The position numbers were made by a program, and so were the translations under genes. Positions 25,469 through 38,045 of a stretch of DNA of 64,000 nucleotides are shown here, piece after piece (positions within the stretch are counted from its first letter, which is position 1; every line of letters starts with the position of its first letter). The DNA lies in the NCBI RefSeq assembly GCF_000150275.1, contig NW_002060959.1, positions 246,371 to 310,370 of the forward strand, written 5' to 3'. Source of the stretch: Trichoplax adhaerens (lineage: Eukaryota; Animalia; Placozoa). Below the pieces are notes generated by a model. That model had not been told where the DNA came from, searched no databases, and saw only the letters and a list, made by a program, of their open reading frames with translations.

Positions 25469-27085
25469 TTATCCAATATCAGTATTAGTTGTATCAGGTA
25501 GAAATAATGCTACAAATGCGCTTAGCAAGCAGAATGAAGAAAATATTGTAAAGGTAGCTATACAATTAGAATAAAATAGTGAAGAAAATATTATCATCCC
25601 TAGTATACCTCCAAAATATCCTATAAAACCGACAATACCAGCCGCAGTCGATCTGAATTCAGTACGAAACAATTCTGTAGTCCAAATTTTACAAGGTGTC
25701 CATCCATTAACCGTAATAGACGTGAAAATACATGCTAAGATCATGACACTTTGTGTATTATCGAATATTAACATCATTATAATACTTAAGCCACTTATGG
25801 ATACTAAAACGATGTATAACGCTTTACGGCCAACACGATTTATCAGTAAAAAGCATAAAATTGCAGTAGGTATTGATAGCAGATTACCAATCAAAACATT
25901 TAGTACGACAGATTTTAAACTTTCGCCAGATTGACAATCAAAGTTAGTAGAAAGCATAAAATGTGTTGCATTCCATGATAAATGATTATCTTTACTAGCA
26001 TGATGATGCCAACATGTTTTACCACTTACATAATAAGCAGTGACTGTTGGAACCCATAGAATAAATCCCTGCTCGGTGAAACAATATCCAAACCACATAA
26101 TAATTAGTATCAGTAATCGTTTACGCCAAGGTTGCTTCATAAGTTTGCGAATATTATCCATAAAATCCTTATAGCTATCGTTTCTAACATTATCATAGAT
26201 ATTATTTAGTCGTACATCAAGATGATTTAATTGAAAATGAATTTCTTGATAGTAAGAATCACTAGCAGAGTTAAAGCAAGAGTTAATTTGATTAATTTTA
26301 TTTAACACATTTCTTATGCCCTTTCTGTCATTGTTAGCTAAAACAAATCGTAAACTATTAGGCATGTATAAAAGTATACATAAACTTAATAAGGTGGGAA
26401 TAGTTCCAATCAGAAGATAAAGTCGCCAACTTGTAAAGTATATGGCACCCATAGGGATATAAAATGAGCGCGGTAAAACAACTAGGGCAATAATACTTCC
26501 AACTGTTGTTCCAAGCGTGATAAATGTAGATAAAACTGCTCCAGCTCTACCCCTATGGCGTCGAGGAAAAAATTCTGTAACATAAGGATAGACTGTCGTA
26601 CTAATACCAGCACAGCCTAGGCTAAAAGCGCCAGTCATAATTACAAACATGACGTAGTTATAAGCGAATACACATCCTAATATACTAATCCAATTGATTA
26701 GTAAGCAGAGAACGAGAATTTTTCGTCTTCCGTAAGTATCCGCTAATTTGCCAAATATACCAAAGCCTACAGTAATGCCTATCATAAAAGTCAGACCTAC
26801 CCAACCTTTATTATTTCGGTTAATATCTAAATCGCATGCTGCCACTACTATAAAGCCTAATGATTGAAAAAGCAAGGAATATCCACCGTAGCCAAGCCCA
26901 CACACTATAGTAATTACATAATGAAATAATCTAATATCGAAAGCATCTACAATCTCATCTATCTTGGATGTTAAATCGATCGAATCGGTCGAGTAATCTG
27001 AACTATAAAGTTCTTCATGTTGGTCCATCAACACCGTTTTTTCATCATTATCGTCGCTTGATAAAAGCGACTTCTCAGTAACCAT
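25469..27085 (-). CDS. SV2-like MFS transporter, paralog 5
   Basis: 538 aa ORF with GKLADTYGRRK, FTSWR, ELFRTEFRSTA. Confidence 0.92.
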   Translation of the reverse strand: MVTEKSLLSSDDNDEKTVLMDQHEELYSSDYSTDSIDLTSKIDEIVDAFDIRLFHYVITIVCGLGYGGYSLLFQSLGFIVVAACDLDINRNNKGWVGLTFMIGITVGFGIFGKLADTYGRRKILVLCLLINWISILGCVFAYNYVMFVIMTGAFSLGCAGISTTVYPYVTEFFPRRHRGRAGAVLSTFITLGTTVGSIIALVVLPRSFYIPMGAIYFTSWRLYLLIGTIPTLLSLCILLYMPNSLRFVLANNDRKGIRNVLNKINQINSCFNSASDSYYQEIHFQLNHLDVRLNNIYDNVRNDSYKDFMDNIRKLMKQPWRKRLLILIIMWFGYCFTEQGFILWVPTVTAYYVSGKTCWHHHASKDNHLSWNATHFMLSTNFDCQSGESLKSVVLNVLIGNLLSIPTAILCFLLINRVGRKALYIVLVSISGLSIIMMLIFDNTQSVMILACIFTSITVNGWTPCKIWTTELFRTEFRSTAAGIVGFIGYFGGILGMIIFSSLFYSNCIATFTIFSSFCLLSAFVALFLPDTTNTDIG

Positions 27086-30000
27086 AATTTAAAAATACTA
27101 TAACATAAAATTCCAATCTTTTAGTAGAAAAATATGAAGCTTGAGCTACCTAATGATAATCTTACTTAAATATATTAGCTCTTTTAAATCCTTCGATGTT
27201 AAAGAGAGTAAAAATTTTTTCCTGATTTAATCCATTTCGATATAACAGCAATAGTAATATTTAACCTTTTAACTTATACTTAACATTGTTTATATAACAA
27301 AAAGCTTTTATGCTAACCTTGCAATTGTATAGGGATTCAATTAGACACTAAATCGTAAAGGTTCGATGATGAAATCAATCGATTCCTTGGAGAATTACTG
27401 CAGAAAAGTGTAATCGCGTCATGAACAATAGTCTAAAATTAACAAACTATCTTTGGGGTTTTCTGGTAGCGAACATGAGGTCGCTACCGGCGACTTCAAG
27501 CTTATACATTATAGCTATCATACTGTTTTCCGATCACCATCATCATATATCAGAAGTAGCTTTTCAATAGCTATCATTAGTTATACTTTTAACATAAAAG
27601 TTCAATGTTTTTAGCGGAAACATATAGTAATAATGAATTTATTAGTTTAAATAACATAACAGTTATTAAATTCAAACACTAGGAAATTAGGGAAAAACAC
27701 CAGTTTATTTAGAATTTAGAAAACAACTTATAAAAATCAATTAAAAATTATAATAAGGGCAGAATTACTGCCTCAACCAATCAAACTACCTACGTAAAAT
27801 ATGATCTACTTACGAATTTATGAAAATCCAAATCTTCATTTTCTATCTTGAACTAAGACTTGAACCACTTTTCTACTGAACTATGCCACCTTTTAAATGC
27901 TATGCATAGCATTTGGTGGGATCAGACTATCAAATAACTATTCTAAAAGATCGGAACGTTTGGATTATACCGTATTCAATAACGAAGTGACATTATTTCT
28001 ACTGCATTTTGTAATCAAAGTTGGCTACAATTTTTGTCATAGTTGAAGCATGAGTATTATACTGACTAAATATATCACATACTTTACAATCTAACATCGT
28101 GATATTCTTATCAAATTATGCTACAGAATATTCTTAAGTTCTAAACTGAATAAAGTAGTCGGGTTTACAATATGTGTTACAATGCTTAGTTAAACCTACT
28201 GTGGTTAAACCAAATTAAGTTATTTTTTAAGCTACAATACTTATTTAAATAATAAAAAAACTTGAAGGAGAATTTTTAAAATTAACCTGCATTACAATAT
28301 TTAGCGTAAGTAACTCCGTGATGTTCTCGCTTAAATATACAGTATCTTTTAATGTTTAGATGTTGATGAGCGAAGAGCTATATCATTGTAGTGCACTAGT
28401 TCCACACCCCGTCATGTTGCTGACGAATCGTGAGCTCAACACTCTTTTAATAAACAAATATTATATAGATTGTAGTGTAACTCTAAAAAAATTCTTAAAT
28501 ACAGCTTATTGAATTTAAAAGTTACATTCTTCGCTAATTTCTACAATCAAAGGCTATTGCATAGTCAAATATACTAGTATGTGTTGTATCTAATCCTACA
28601 ATTTCGTTCTCAGCATGTGCATTAGCTGTAAAACTATCAATGCTAGCGATTTCGTTAGCTACAATAGTCACAATGTCAATATTTCTCACGTTACTTCATG
28701 ACAGCATACATACTGCTATACGGTAAATATCTGACGCTATTAAAGTTTAATATGAAGTATCCTTTATCTACTAAACCCTCATGTATTTCTCTACTTAGCA
28801 ACTAAATCTGCTATTACTGACTCTTTGAATCTTCTAGCGTGTTCTTGACTTAATCCATTCTGATAGGACAATGTTACGAACGTTTAAGCTCGGACGAAAG
28901 AATCCATCTATTCCAAAGGGAATTACCGAAGATAAATGTAGCTGCGTCATTATCTCTAGTTTAAAAGCTTACTTTGCATTCAGATATTAGCATAGTCAGA
29001 AATAAATTATCCCATATGACTTTTCTACTTCATAACCATGGCTTTGTACTATTCATGCTTCACTACCATATGCATATACGGTTGTTCTTACATAAAATGA
29101 TAGCTATTACTCTAGACTAGTTATGCTTCACTTTTATACGATATACGAGTTTTTCTCACATGAAATAATTGCTACTACCATAGACTATTCATACTTTACT
29201 TTTATACTGCAGTACAAAAGTATTATGGCTGACTCTTACCTTGCACTACTGTGTTATGTGGTATCGAGCATACAGCATGTTTCTGTAACTATACATTGGG
29301 TTTTCATTTAAGCCTAAATGGCTTAATGTAATTTTTTTCACTTTGATTTTATGGGAGTACTAAATGCCTATTGAAGCCATCTCTATATTATAAAATATGA
29401 TTTCAAAGAGGTTCCGACTTTAAGGCAATTGCTCTACCGTGAGTAGCTATGTTAGTGATGAACTCCTGAAAAGCAGATTATGATTCTGGTTGCGAGAGAA
29501 TAATATTTTATCTCTACGGTAGACTAAAAGCCTTCAATAACGATTAATGATATACATTAACAATGGTGACTATAAAATTTTAAAGTAGTTCAGTATCCAA
29601 AAAGCAATTGTTAAAGATAATCATTTGCCATATACTAATAAAAGTGCTTCAAACGATGATACCTTATAACTATTAGAATATACTTCCTAGATAATTTTCC
29701 TTCAGTGCAATCAACTTTAATTAACTATTTATTAAGCAATAATAGGATTATCCAATAAAGACAGTACAAAGTGAAATTGTAAAAACTGCCCTTCATTTTA
29801 TAGTCTACAAGTTGTAGCAGTATAGTAGTAGGGCAGTAATGTCAATAAAACTCAAGATAAATGCTCAACCATGGCTGCATCATTACTACTATATTATCAA
29901 ATAGAAGAGTGTTGAATAGAATTGTTTAAAGAACTAGTTAGAAAATAAAACTTATATTATATTATGTAATTACAAGTTTGCGATAAGCTCGTTAAGTACG

Positions 30001-31481
30001 TAAATACTAAAATTATCGTACAATGAAATTTTCTGATATTGATAAAATATATCTTACTAAATTAATGCTAAATGTCAAGCAAGAAAGTATTGAATTTCAC
30101 TACACTAGATGGAGAGATTTTTTCACTCCAAAGAATAGCGTTTAAACTTAATAGGAATGCTTTGCCGACTAACTAGATGTCTTTGAAATCCTTACTATTT
30201 AATCGGTGTGCAAATTAAATTTTATTGCAACCTTATCTCCTTCTCCATACAAAAAATTAAACTCGGTTAATTTTATATCGTTTCTTTCTTTCCTACTATT
30301 GTATTTGTTGATTATTGCAGCGATTACTGCAGTGAAGACTTTGAAATGTTCCAAACAGAAAATTTTAGAAGATCAGAAGCAAGCTAGTAACAGCCAACTA
30401 CATATTATAATCACAAATGCTATTAATGTATCGACAATTAACAGCCAAAAACAAACTTTCTCAATAACACAACTGTCACAATTTCACTTCTGCGACAAGG
30501 TAACGTACAGTAAAAGTCTATAAGTAGCTACTGACTTAAACGCCCTTTTACTTAACGTTAAACACACACAGCAAAAGACTGTAAAGAGGAAACTTTAATT
30601 AGCAAAGATATATCTACAACTTTTTACCGCCACTGAACTCAAACGTTCCCGTTTATATAGGAACCGTCTAATTTGTAAGCAACAACAGTATTATTGTTAT
30701 TCCTTGCTAGGAGAAATATCTCGAACTGAGATGTTCCTTACATAGCTTTTCTATCAGCAAATATTTTGAATCTCTAACTCATACTCAATCTTAATCTAAG
30801 CTCGTAGGTTATCTAATTTAACTATCTTCAATTAGAACTTGAATCATCTTATTGCTATCTGTCACACAATAACAATCCACATCAAGTATGTAATGAACTA
30901 TTAAAAACAACATCCACGTTAAGGCATTACTTATCTTACCTAGCACTACAAATATGGATATTCTCCATACTAGCTACTACTGTACTTATTATATTATCCT
31001 AATGACAAGGTAACACCGTAACAGCAACTTGTTCGGATAATATTTCTATATCATTCCTTTTCAATGAATAGCTCAGGCTATACAAGATAAATAAGAAAAG
31101 GAACATATCAAGGTTTATAACTCTTAGATTCATAATCCAAGTCAAATAGTGGATTTCTTAGATCTCATTCAATCACGAATGAGTTAAAGTCATAAAGTAC
31201 AGTAGATGAATTAGATTAAATGTTGTTGGTTCAAGGTAGCATTTAAATCCAATAAAAATGAAATTATTTAAGATTAGGATTAAATTCTCTTCGTACCCAC
31301 TTTTTTGTCGATTCTTCTCTACATGTTCTGTAACTAGGAACAGCTATGTCTCTAATCAAGGTCATTTCTATTTTATTAAGCGTGCTGCTTTCAGTAGTTT
31401 GTAACTATCTTATCCTTATAATTATTCTCATAAAATGTTGTCATTCTTTTCACGAAAATATCTTTATCACTTATTAGCTCA

Positions 31482-33101
31482 TTATCCAATGCCTAAGTCG
31501 GTAGTATCCGGTAGAAATAATGCTAAAAATGCGCTTAGAAAGCCAAGTGCGGAAAATATTGTATATGTAGCTATGCAATTAGTATAAAATAACGCTGCAA
31601 ATATCACCATGCCTAGTGCACCTCCTAAATGTCCATTTACACCTATGATGCCTTGGGCAGTTGCTCTAAATTCAGTACGGAATAATTCTGTACTCCAAAT
31701 TTTAAGCGGAGTCCACCCGTTAGTCATAATAGACGTAAAAATGCAAGCTAGGATGAGGACGCCCTGTAAATTGTCGATTATCAATAATAATAAAATGCAT
31801 AAACCACTCATAGACGCTAAAATAATGTATAATGCTTTCCGACCGATACGATTAATAAGTAGAACACATAAAATTGCGATAGGTATGGATATTAAATGAC
31901 CAAGAAAGATATTTAATATCACTGTTCTTATATTATTACCGCTTTGACAGTCCGAAGCGACATTTTGTGATGAATGTGTAGTATACCACGATAGATTGTT
32001 ATTCTTGCCGCTATGATGATGATGCCAACATGTTTGGCCATTCACATAATAAGCAATAACTGTCGGTAACCAAATTGTAAGCCCTTGTTCTGCGACGTAA
32101 TATCCGAGCTGTACCAAAGACATAAGCAATAACCGTTTACGCCAAGGTGGTTGCAGAAGTCCCCGAATATCTTGCAGAAAAGTATTTCCTTTATCATTTT
32201 CAATATCATCACTCATTTCTTCTATTGGTAAATTGCGATGGCCTACTTTACAATAAATAACTTGTTGATAGGAATCGACTTCAGTCTTATAACAGCTATT
32301 AATTTGATTAATTTTATTTAATACGTCTCGAAGACCTTTCTTATCGTTCTTAGCTATTACAAATCGTAAACTTCTAGGCAAAAATAACAGTGCACAAAAA
32401 CTCAATAAAGATGGAACAGAGTCTACAAGTAGATAAAGTCGCCAATTTGTAAAGTATATCGCGCCAATAGGGCTATAAAATGAATGAGGTAATATAACTA
32501 ACGCGATAACAGAACCATAAATATTACCAAATATTAGAAATGACGATAAAACGGTAGCCGCTCTACCCCTATAACGACGAGGAAAAAATTCTAACAGATA
32601 AGAATGAATAGCTGCAACAACAGCAGCATGAGTACTACCAACCAAGCCAAACATGATAACAAGCATTAGATAGTTATAAGCAAAAGCACTTGCTAACATT
32701 CCTATTAAATTTATTAGTAACGCGATGACGAGAATTTTTCGTCGGCCATAAACATCAGCTAACCTACCAAATATGCTAGCACCGATAGCAAGGCCGATCA
32801 TATAAGCTAGACTTAGCCAACCTTTATTATTTCGATTAATGTCTAAATCGCATGCTGAAATAATAACAAAACCGATCGATTGATAAAAGATAGAGTATCC
32901 ACTATAGCCAAGTCCACATATTAAAGTGATAATATAATGGAATAATCCAATATCCAAAGAATCGACGATCTCATCTATTCTGGATGATAAATCAATCGAT
33001 TCAGTCGAGCAATCAGAAGTATAGAGTTCTTCATTTTGGCTCAATAAACGGGTTTTATCCTTGACATTATCGTTATCCCGAAATTGATTTTCAACCGCCA
33101 T
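31482..33101 (-). CDS. SV2-like MFS transporter, paralog 6
   Basis: 539 aa ORF with the family motifs and a CWHHHH loop. Confidence 0.92.
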   Translation of the reverse strand: MAVENQFRDNDNVKDKTRLLSQNEELYTSDCSTESIDLSSRIDEIVDSLDIGLFHYIITLICGLGYSGYSIFYQSIGFVIISACDLDINRNNKGWLSLAYMIGLAIGASIFGRLADVYGRRKILVIALLINLIGMLASAFAYNYLMLVIMFGLVGSTHAAVVAAIHSYLLEFFPRRYRGRAATVLSSFLIFGNIYGSVIALVILPHSFYSPIGAIYFTNWRLYLLVDSVPSLLSFCALLFLPRSLRFVIAKNDKKGLRDVLNKINQINSCYKTEVDSYQQVIYCKVGHRNLPIEEMSDDIENDKGNTFLQDIRGLLQPPWRKRLLLMSLVQLGYYVAEQGLTIWLPTVIAYYVNGQTCWHHHHSGKNNNLSWYTTHSSQNVASDCQSGNNIRTVILNIFLGHLISIPIAILCVLLINRIGRKALYIILASMSGLCILLLLIIDNLQGVLILACIFTSIMTNGWTPLKIWSTELFRTEFRATAQGIIGVNGHLGGALGMVIFAALFYTNCIATYTIFSALGFLSAFLALFLPDTTDLGIG

Positions 33102-34660
33102 TACTGTAAATATTTTGTAGTAAAACTTGGCATTTTAACGGAAAATATCAATCTTGCTAACGAATTTTACTGCTTTTTTTAAGCGAATCGCCTAAAACTA
33201 AACGTCGAAGAGTCCAAAAAGAGAAATAAATGTCTAATAATTCGATTCGTACCGAAAAAATTGGACAATGTAACCGGGATAGAGCGCAATGTGGCAATTC
33301 TCACGAGAATTGTTTTCTTTAATAAATACCTTAGGTGAGTTAATAATTAATACGGCTCAACAGTCACCGTATGTAACAATGCTAGTAGAGAAACTAATTG
33401 GTTCAATTCATAATGTGAATGTCTAATGATCAATGATTAGCTTTGCTAAATCTCAAGAGGATAACAGTTGAGCATGAATAATTTAGCGTTAGTAATCGTT
33501 ACGTTGGGCAGCAAGTAGACTATGATTCTGATTAATTTTAGAGTCAATATCTAAAGTACTGATATTTACTAACGGCCAGTTATTCAGTACCCTAAAATCA
33601 GTCATCATCAATAGAATTGTACTGATTGATCCTATCTAATTTTAACACAAAGGAATTAGCAATTTTGAGCTTATTAATATCGCTATTTTCGTGAATAACT
33701 TAGCAGCCACTACAGTTGTATTTTTATAGTATTGCTGCTTGTAGCATCACTTCCTATAAATAATCTAATTTTAGAAATAAGTTGTAAATCATAGTATGGA
33801 ACTATACATCTAATTTATATAAGGCTCGAAATTTAATTTATTTGAGGATTCTTAGATTTAAAATATGCCACAAAAGCACTTTATTTCAACATTAAAGAAT
33901 GAATTATATAATTAGCATTGGCAATAGAACTCTATTTTTCACCATCAAATATAAAATTATTATTATTAACAGGTAAAAAACATAATATAACTTCGGAAAC
34001 GTTAAATTTTGATATATTTAATATCAGCTTTAAATATAGATTACGGGATAATTACAAGACCATCCTAAAACGAAACTTGGCTAATATTAGCTAATATACC
34101 GAATTCCGAAGTTGTAATAAGTATTGCCTTATTTCCTATGAAAGTATTTTTATATTATTGAATAATATTGTGTAAGCTATTCAATTTCTTAACAATTTAT
34201 TTCAGCCTCTCAGAGTAAAATGTCAAATACAACTCCAGTCAAAGTTACTCCAGAATGAACACCAGATATACTCTTATTAGACTCTTTATCAATTTAAAAT
34301 TTAGAGATATGAGCATACCAATCCGGCCTTCAAAATAAACACGTGCAATTAAAATTAAATAAATTTTCTATAAACAAAACTTGCTGTTTTCTTCCGTTAA
34401 TAGTGCGTCTGTGGTATAGTCCAAAATAAACTATGTTTGCAAGTATGATTTGTGAATAATAGTAGAAGAATTTATTCAGGTAAAGAGATGTAACCAACAA
34501 GAAAATGAGGCATTGGTCGTGTTATTTTGAGATTCTTTATCGTAAATTCTGTGCTCGAGATCATTCTCAGAAAGCAATTTTCTATTGCTTATTAGCAATT
34601 AAGACCCATAGACCAGTTATCGCTAGAATTGTGTATGTATCTCATTTATTGGTTTATTAA

Positions 34661-36277
34661 TTATCTAATATCAGCGTTTGTAGTATCAGGTAGAAATATT
34701 GCTGCAACAGCTGTTAATAAACCTAATGCAGAAAGTATTATAAGTGTAGCTGTGCAACTAATATAAAATAAAGCAGCGAATATTATCATCCCTAGTATAG
34801 ATCCAAGATGTCCCATCATGCTCGCAATACCAAGAGCGGTAGTTCTAAATTCAGTACGGAATAATTCTGTACTCCAAATTTTACACGGTGTCCATCCATT
34901 CGTGGAAATAGACGTAAAAATACAAGCTATGATCATAGAGCTTTGCATAGTATCAATTATCAATAGCAGTAAAATACTTAAACCACTCATAGACGCTAAA
35001 ATAATGTATAATGCTTTCCGACCGATACGATTAATAAGTAGAACACATAAAATCGCGATAGGTATGGATATTAAATGACCAAGAAAGATGTTTAATATTA
35101 CAGTCCTTATATTATTACCGCTTTGACAGTCCGAAGCGACATTATGTGATGAATGTGTAGTATTCCATGATAGATTATACATGCCGCTATGATGATGATG
35201 CCAACAAGTTTTACTATTTACGTAATGAGCAATAACTGTCGGTAACCAAATTGTAAGTCCTTGATCGGCGACACAATATCCAAGCCATACTAAAGATATC
35301 AATAGCAATCGTTTACGCCAAGGTGGTTGCAGAAGTTCCCGAATATCTTGCAGAAAAGTATTTCCTTTATCATTTTTAACATCTTTACTCGTTTCTTCTA
35401 CTCGTAAATCGTGATGGCCTACTTTACAATAAATAACTTGTTGATAGGAATCGTCTGTGGTCTTACAGCAATTATTAATTTGATTAATTTTATTTAATAC
35501 GTCTCGAAAACCTTTCTTATCGTTCTTAGCTAATACAAATCGTAAACTTCTAGGCATAAATAAAAGTACACAAAAACTCAATAAGGATGGAATAGAGCCT
35601 ACAAGTAGATAAAGTCGCCAATTTGTAAAGTATATCGCGCCAATAGGACTATAAAATGAATAAGGCAATATAAGTAATCCGATAAGGGAACTATAAACAT
35701 TTCCAAATATCAGAAATGACGATAAAACGGCAGCCGCTCTACCCCTATAACGACGAGGAAAAAATTCTAAAAGATAAGAATGAACGATTGTGGTGATACC
35801 AGCATAAGTACTACCGATCAAGCCAAACATGATAACAAGCATTAGATAGTTATAAGCAAATGCACTTGCTAACATTCCTATTAAATTTATTAATAACAAG
35901 ATGACAAGAATTTTTTGTCGACCATAAACATCAGCGAATCTACCATATATACTAGCACTAGTAGCAAGGCCGATCATAAAAGCTATACTTAGCCAACCTT
36001 TATTATTTCGATTAATGTCTAAATCGCATGCTGAAATGATAACAAAACCGATCGATTGATAACAGAACGAAAACCCACTAAAGCCAAGTCCACATATTAA
36101 AGTGATAATATAATGGAATAATCCAATATCCAAAGAATCGACGATCTCATCTATCCTAGATGTCAAATCAATCGATTCAGTCGAGCAATCCGAAGTATAA
36201 AGTTCTTCATTTTGACTCACTGAACTTCTTTTATCCTTGTTATTATCGTTATTCTGAAATTGCTTTTCAATCGCCAT
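34661..36277 (-). CDS. SV2-like MFS transporter, paralog 7 (sister of paralog 6)
   Basis: 538 aa ORF with long near-identical tracts to paralog 6 and about 1.1 kb of homologous upstream DNA. Confidence 0.92.
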   Translation of the reverse strand: MAIEKQFQNNDNNKDKRSSVSQNEELYTSDCSTESIDLTSRIDEIVDSLDIGLFHYIITLICGLGFSGFSFCYQSIGFVIISACDLDINRNNKGWLSIAFMIGLATSASIYGRFADVYGRQKILVILLLINLIGMLASAFAYNYLMLVIMFGLIGSTYAGITTIVHSYLLEFFPRRYRGRAAAVLSSFLIFGNVYSSLIGLLILPYSFYSPIGAIYFTNWRLYLLVGSIPSLLSFCVLLFMPRSLRFVLAKNDKKGFRDVLNKINQINNCCKTTDDSYQQVIYCKVGHHDLRVEETSKDVKNDKGNTFLQDIRELLQPPWRKRLLLISLVWLGYCVADQGLTIWLPTVIAHYVNSKTCWHHHHSGMYNLSWNTTHSSHNVASDCQSGNNIRTVILNIFLGHLISIPIAILCVLLINRIGRKALYIILASMSGLSILLLLIIDTMQSSMIIACIFTSISTNGWTPCKIWSTELFRTEFRTTALGIASMMGHLGSILGMIIFAALFYISCTATLIILSALGLLTAVAAIFLPDTTNADIR

Positions 36278-36592
36278 TACTACATAAGTCTTGCAGTCAA
36301 ACTTGTCCTTTCAACGGAATATATCAATCTTGCTAACGAACTTTACTTTTCCTTTAAATACATCGTTTAAAACTTAGATATTGAAGAAAGAACTAAATGT
36401 CTAATAGTTCGATCCGTTTCCAAGAATTAGATAATATTATCGGGATAGAGCGCAACGTAGCAATTCTCGTGAGAATTATTATTATTAATAAGTAGCCAAG
36501 TTAATAAACACTGCGGATCAACAGTTGCCGTACGTAACAATACTAGAAAAGGAACTTATTATTTCAATTCATAATGTGAATGTCTATTGATT

Positions 36593-36860
36593 ATTGATCA
36601 GCTTTTATTTAGTCTTAAGAGAATAACAGTTAAGCAGGAGTGACTTAACGTTAGATTCATTAGGGTAGATCGAAATTAGGTCTATGATTCCAATCAATTT
36701 TAAAGTGAATATCTAAAATACGATGCTTAATTATTGATCAGCTTTTACGTAGTCTCAAGGGAATAATAATTGAACAAGAATGATTTAATTTTAGATTCAT
36801 AACGGTAGGTCGCAAGTAGACTATGATTCTGATCAATTCTAGAGTTAGTATCTAAAATAC
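36593..36860. repeat. About 140-bp tandem duplication upstream of paralog 7
   Basis: ATTGATCAGCTTTTA...TATCTAAAATAC at 36593-36721 and 36733-36860. Single copy upstream of paralog 6 (about 33432-33560). Confidence 0.8.
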
Positions 36861-37454
36861 TAATGTTGTTAACGGCCAGTAATTAAGCATCTCTAAAATC
36901 GTAGTTATCGTCAGCAGAGTTGGACTGATTGATACTATTCACTGTATTACAAACGGAATTAATACTTGCAAGCTTGTTAGTTTTTCTTTTCTCATGAGTA
37001 GCTTAACAACTACTACGGTCATAATTTTATAGTACCACTGCACGTAGCATTATTTCCAATTACTAGTCGACTTTAGAAATAAGTTGTAAATTATAGAGCA
37101 GAGTTATAGTGTCTGCTAATTAAGCAAAACTAGCATTTATTCCGTCCGTTTTAAAAAATTGAAATACAATTAAGATTTGAAGTATGTTCTAAAAATATTT
37201 TATTAAAGTATTACAGAATTACACTTTATTTTTCATCATCAATTATAAAATTATCACTATTAAAATGTAAAAAACATAATAGAATATTAGAAGTATTAAA
37301 TTTGACCAATTTAACATCAGAATAAAAAAATAAGTTATAGGATAAATATAAGACGGTACTGAAATAGAACTTGCCCAATGGTAGCAAATAGACTTAATTC
37401 CACAACTGTAACAAGTATTGCCTTATTTCTTATGTAATTAATAGATATAGATAT

Positions 37455-38045
37455 AGATATAGAAAATAATACGAAAGTGGTTACGCAATTGGTATAAAAT
37501 AGTGTTGCAAATAATATCATGCCCAATATTGACCCTAAACGAGATATTACATTTAAAAGTCAATAGCAGTTGATCTGAATTCAGTACGAAATAATTCTGT
37601 ACTCCAAATTTTATAAGGTATCTAGCCAGTATTTGTTATAGATGTAAAAATACACGTTGAGATTGTAACACTTTGCATGTTGTCCATTAATAGAATCATT
37701 AAAATATTCAATTTTGTAGTAGATACCAATGAAATATACAATAATTTCCAACCAACGCGATTTATAAGTAAAACACATAAAATTGTAAAAGGAATTTAAA
37801 ATAGATTGCCAATAAAGATATTAAATAATATTGTCTTTAAATTGTCATCAGTTTGGTAAATTAGAGTCGACATGATTCAATGAGTACGTAAAATTCCATG
37901 GTAGATGGTCCATGTCGCTATAATTATACCAACATATTTTACCTCTGATATAATGATACTTTTCTTGTCATTCTTGGCTAACACAAATCGTAAACTATGA
38001 GGCATAAATAAAAGTACGTAAAAACTTAATAAAGCAGGTATGGGG
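37455..38045 (-). pseudogene. Decayed 3'-half fragment of an SV2-like gene with an internal deletion
   Basis: IPALLSFYVLLFMPHSLRFVLAKNDKK is joined directly to the GKxCW loop. Frameshifted WSTELFRTEFRSTA and GMILFATLFYTNC follow, ending in an (ATATAG)n run. Confidence 0.88.
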
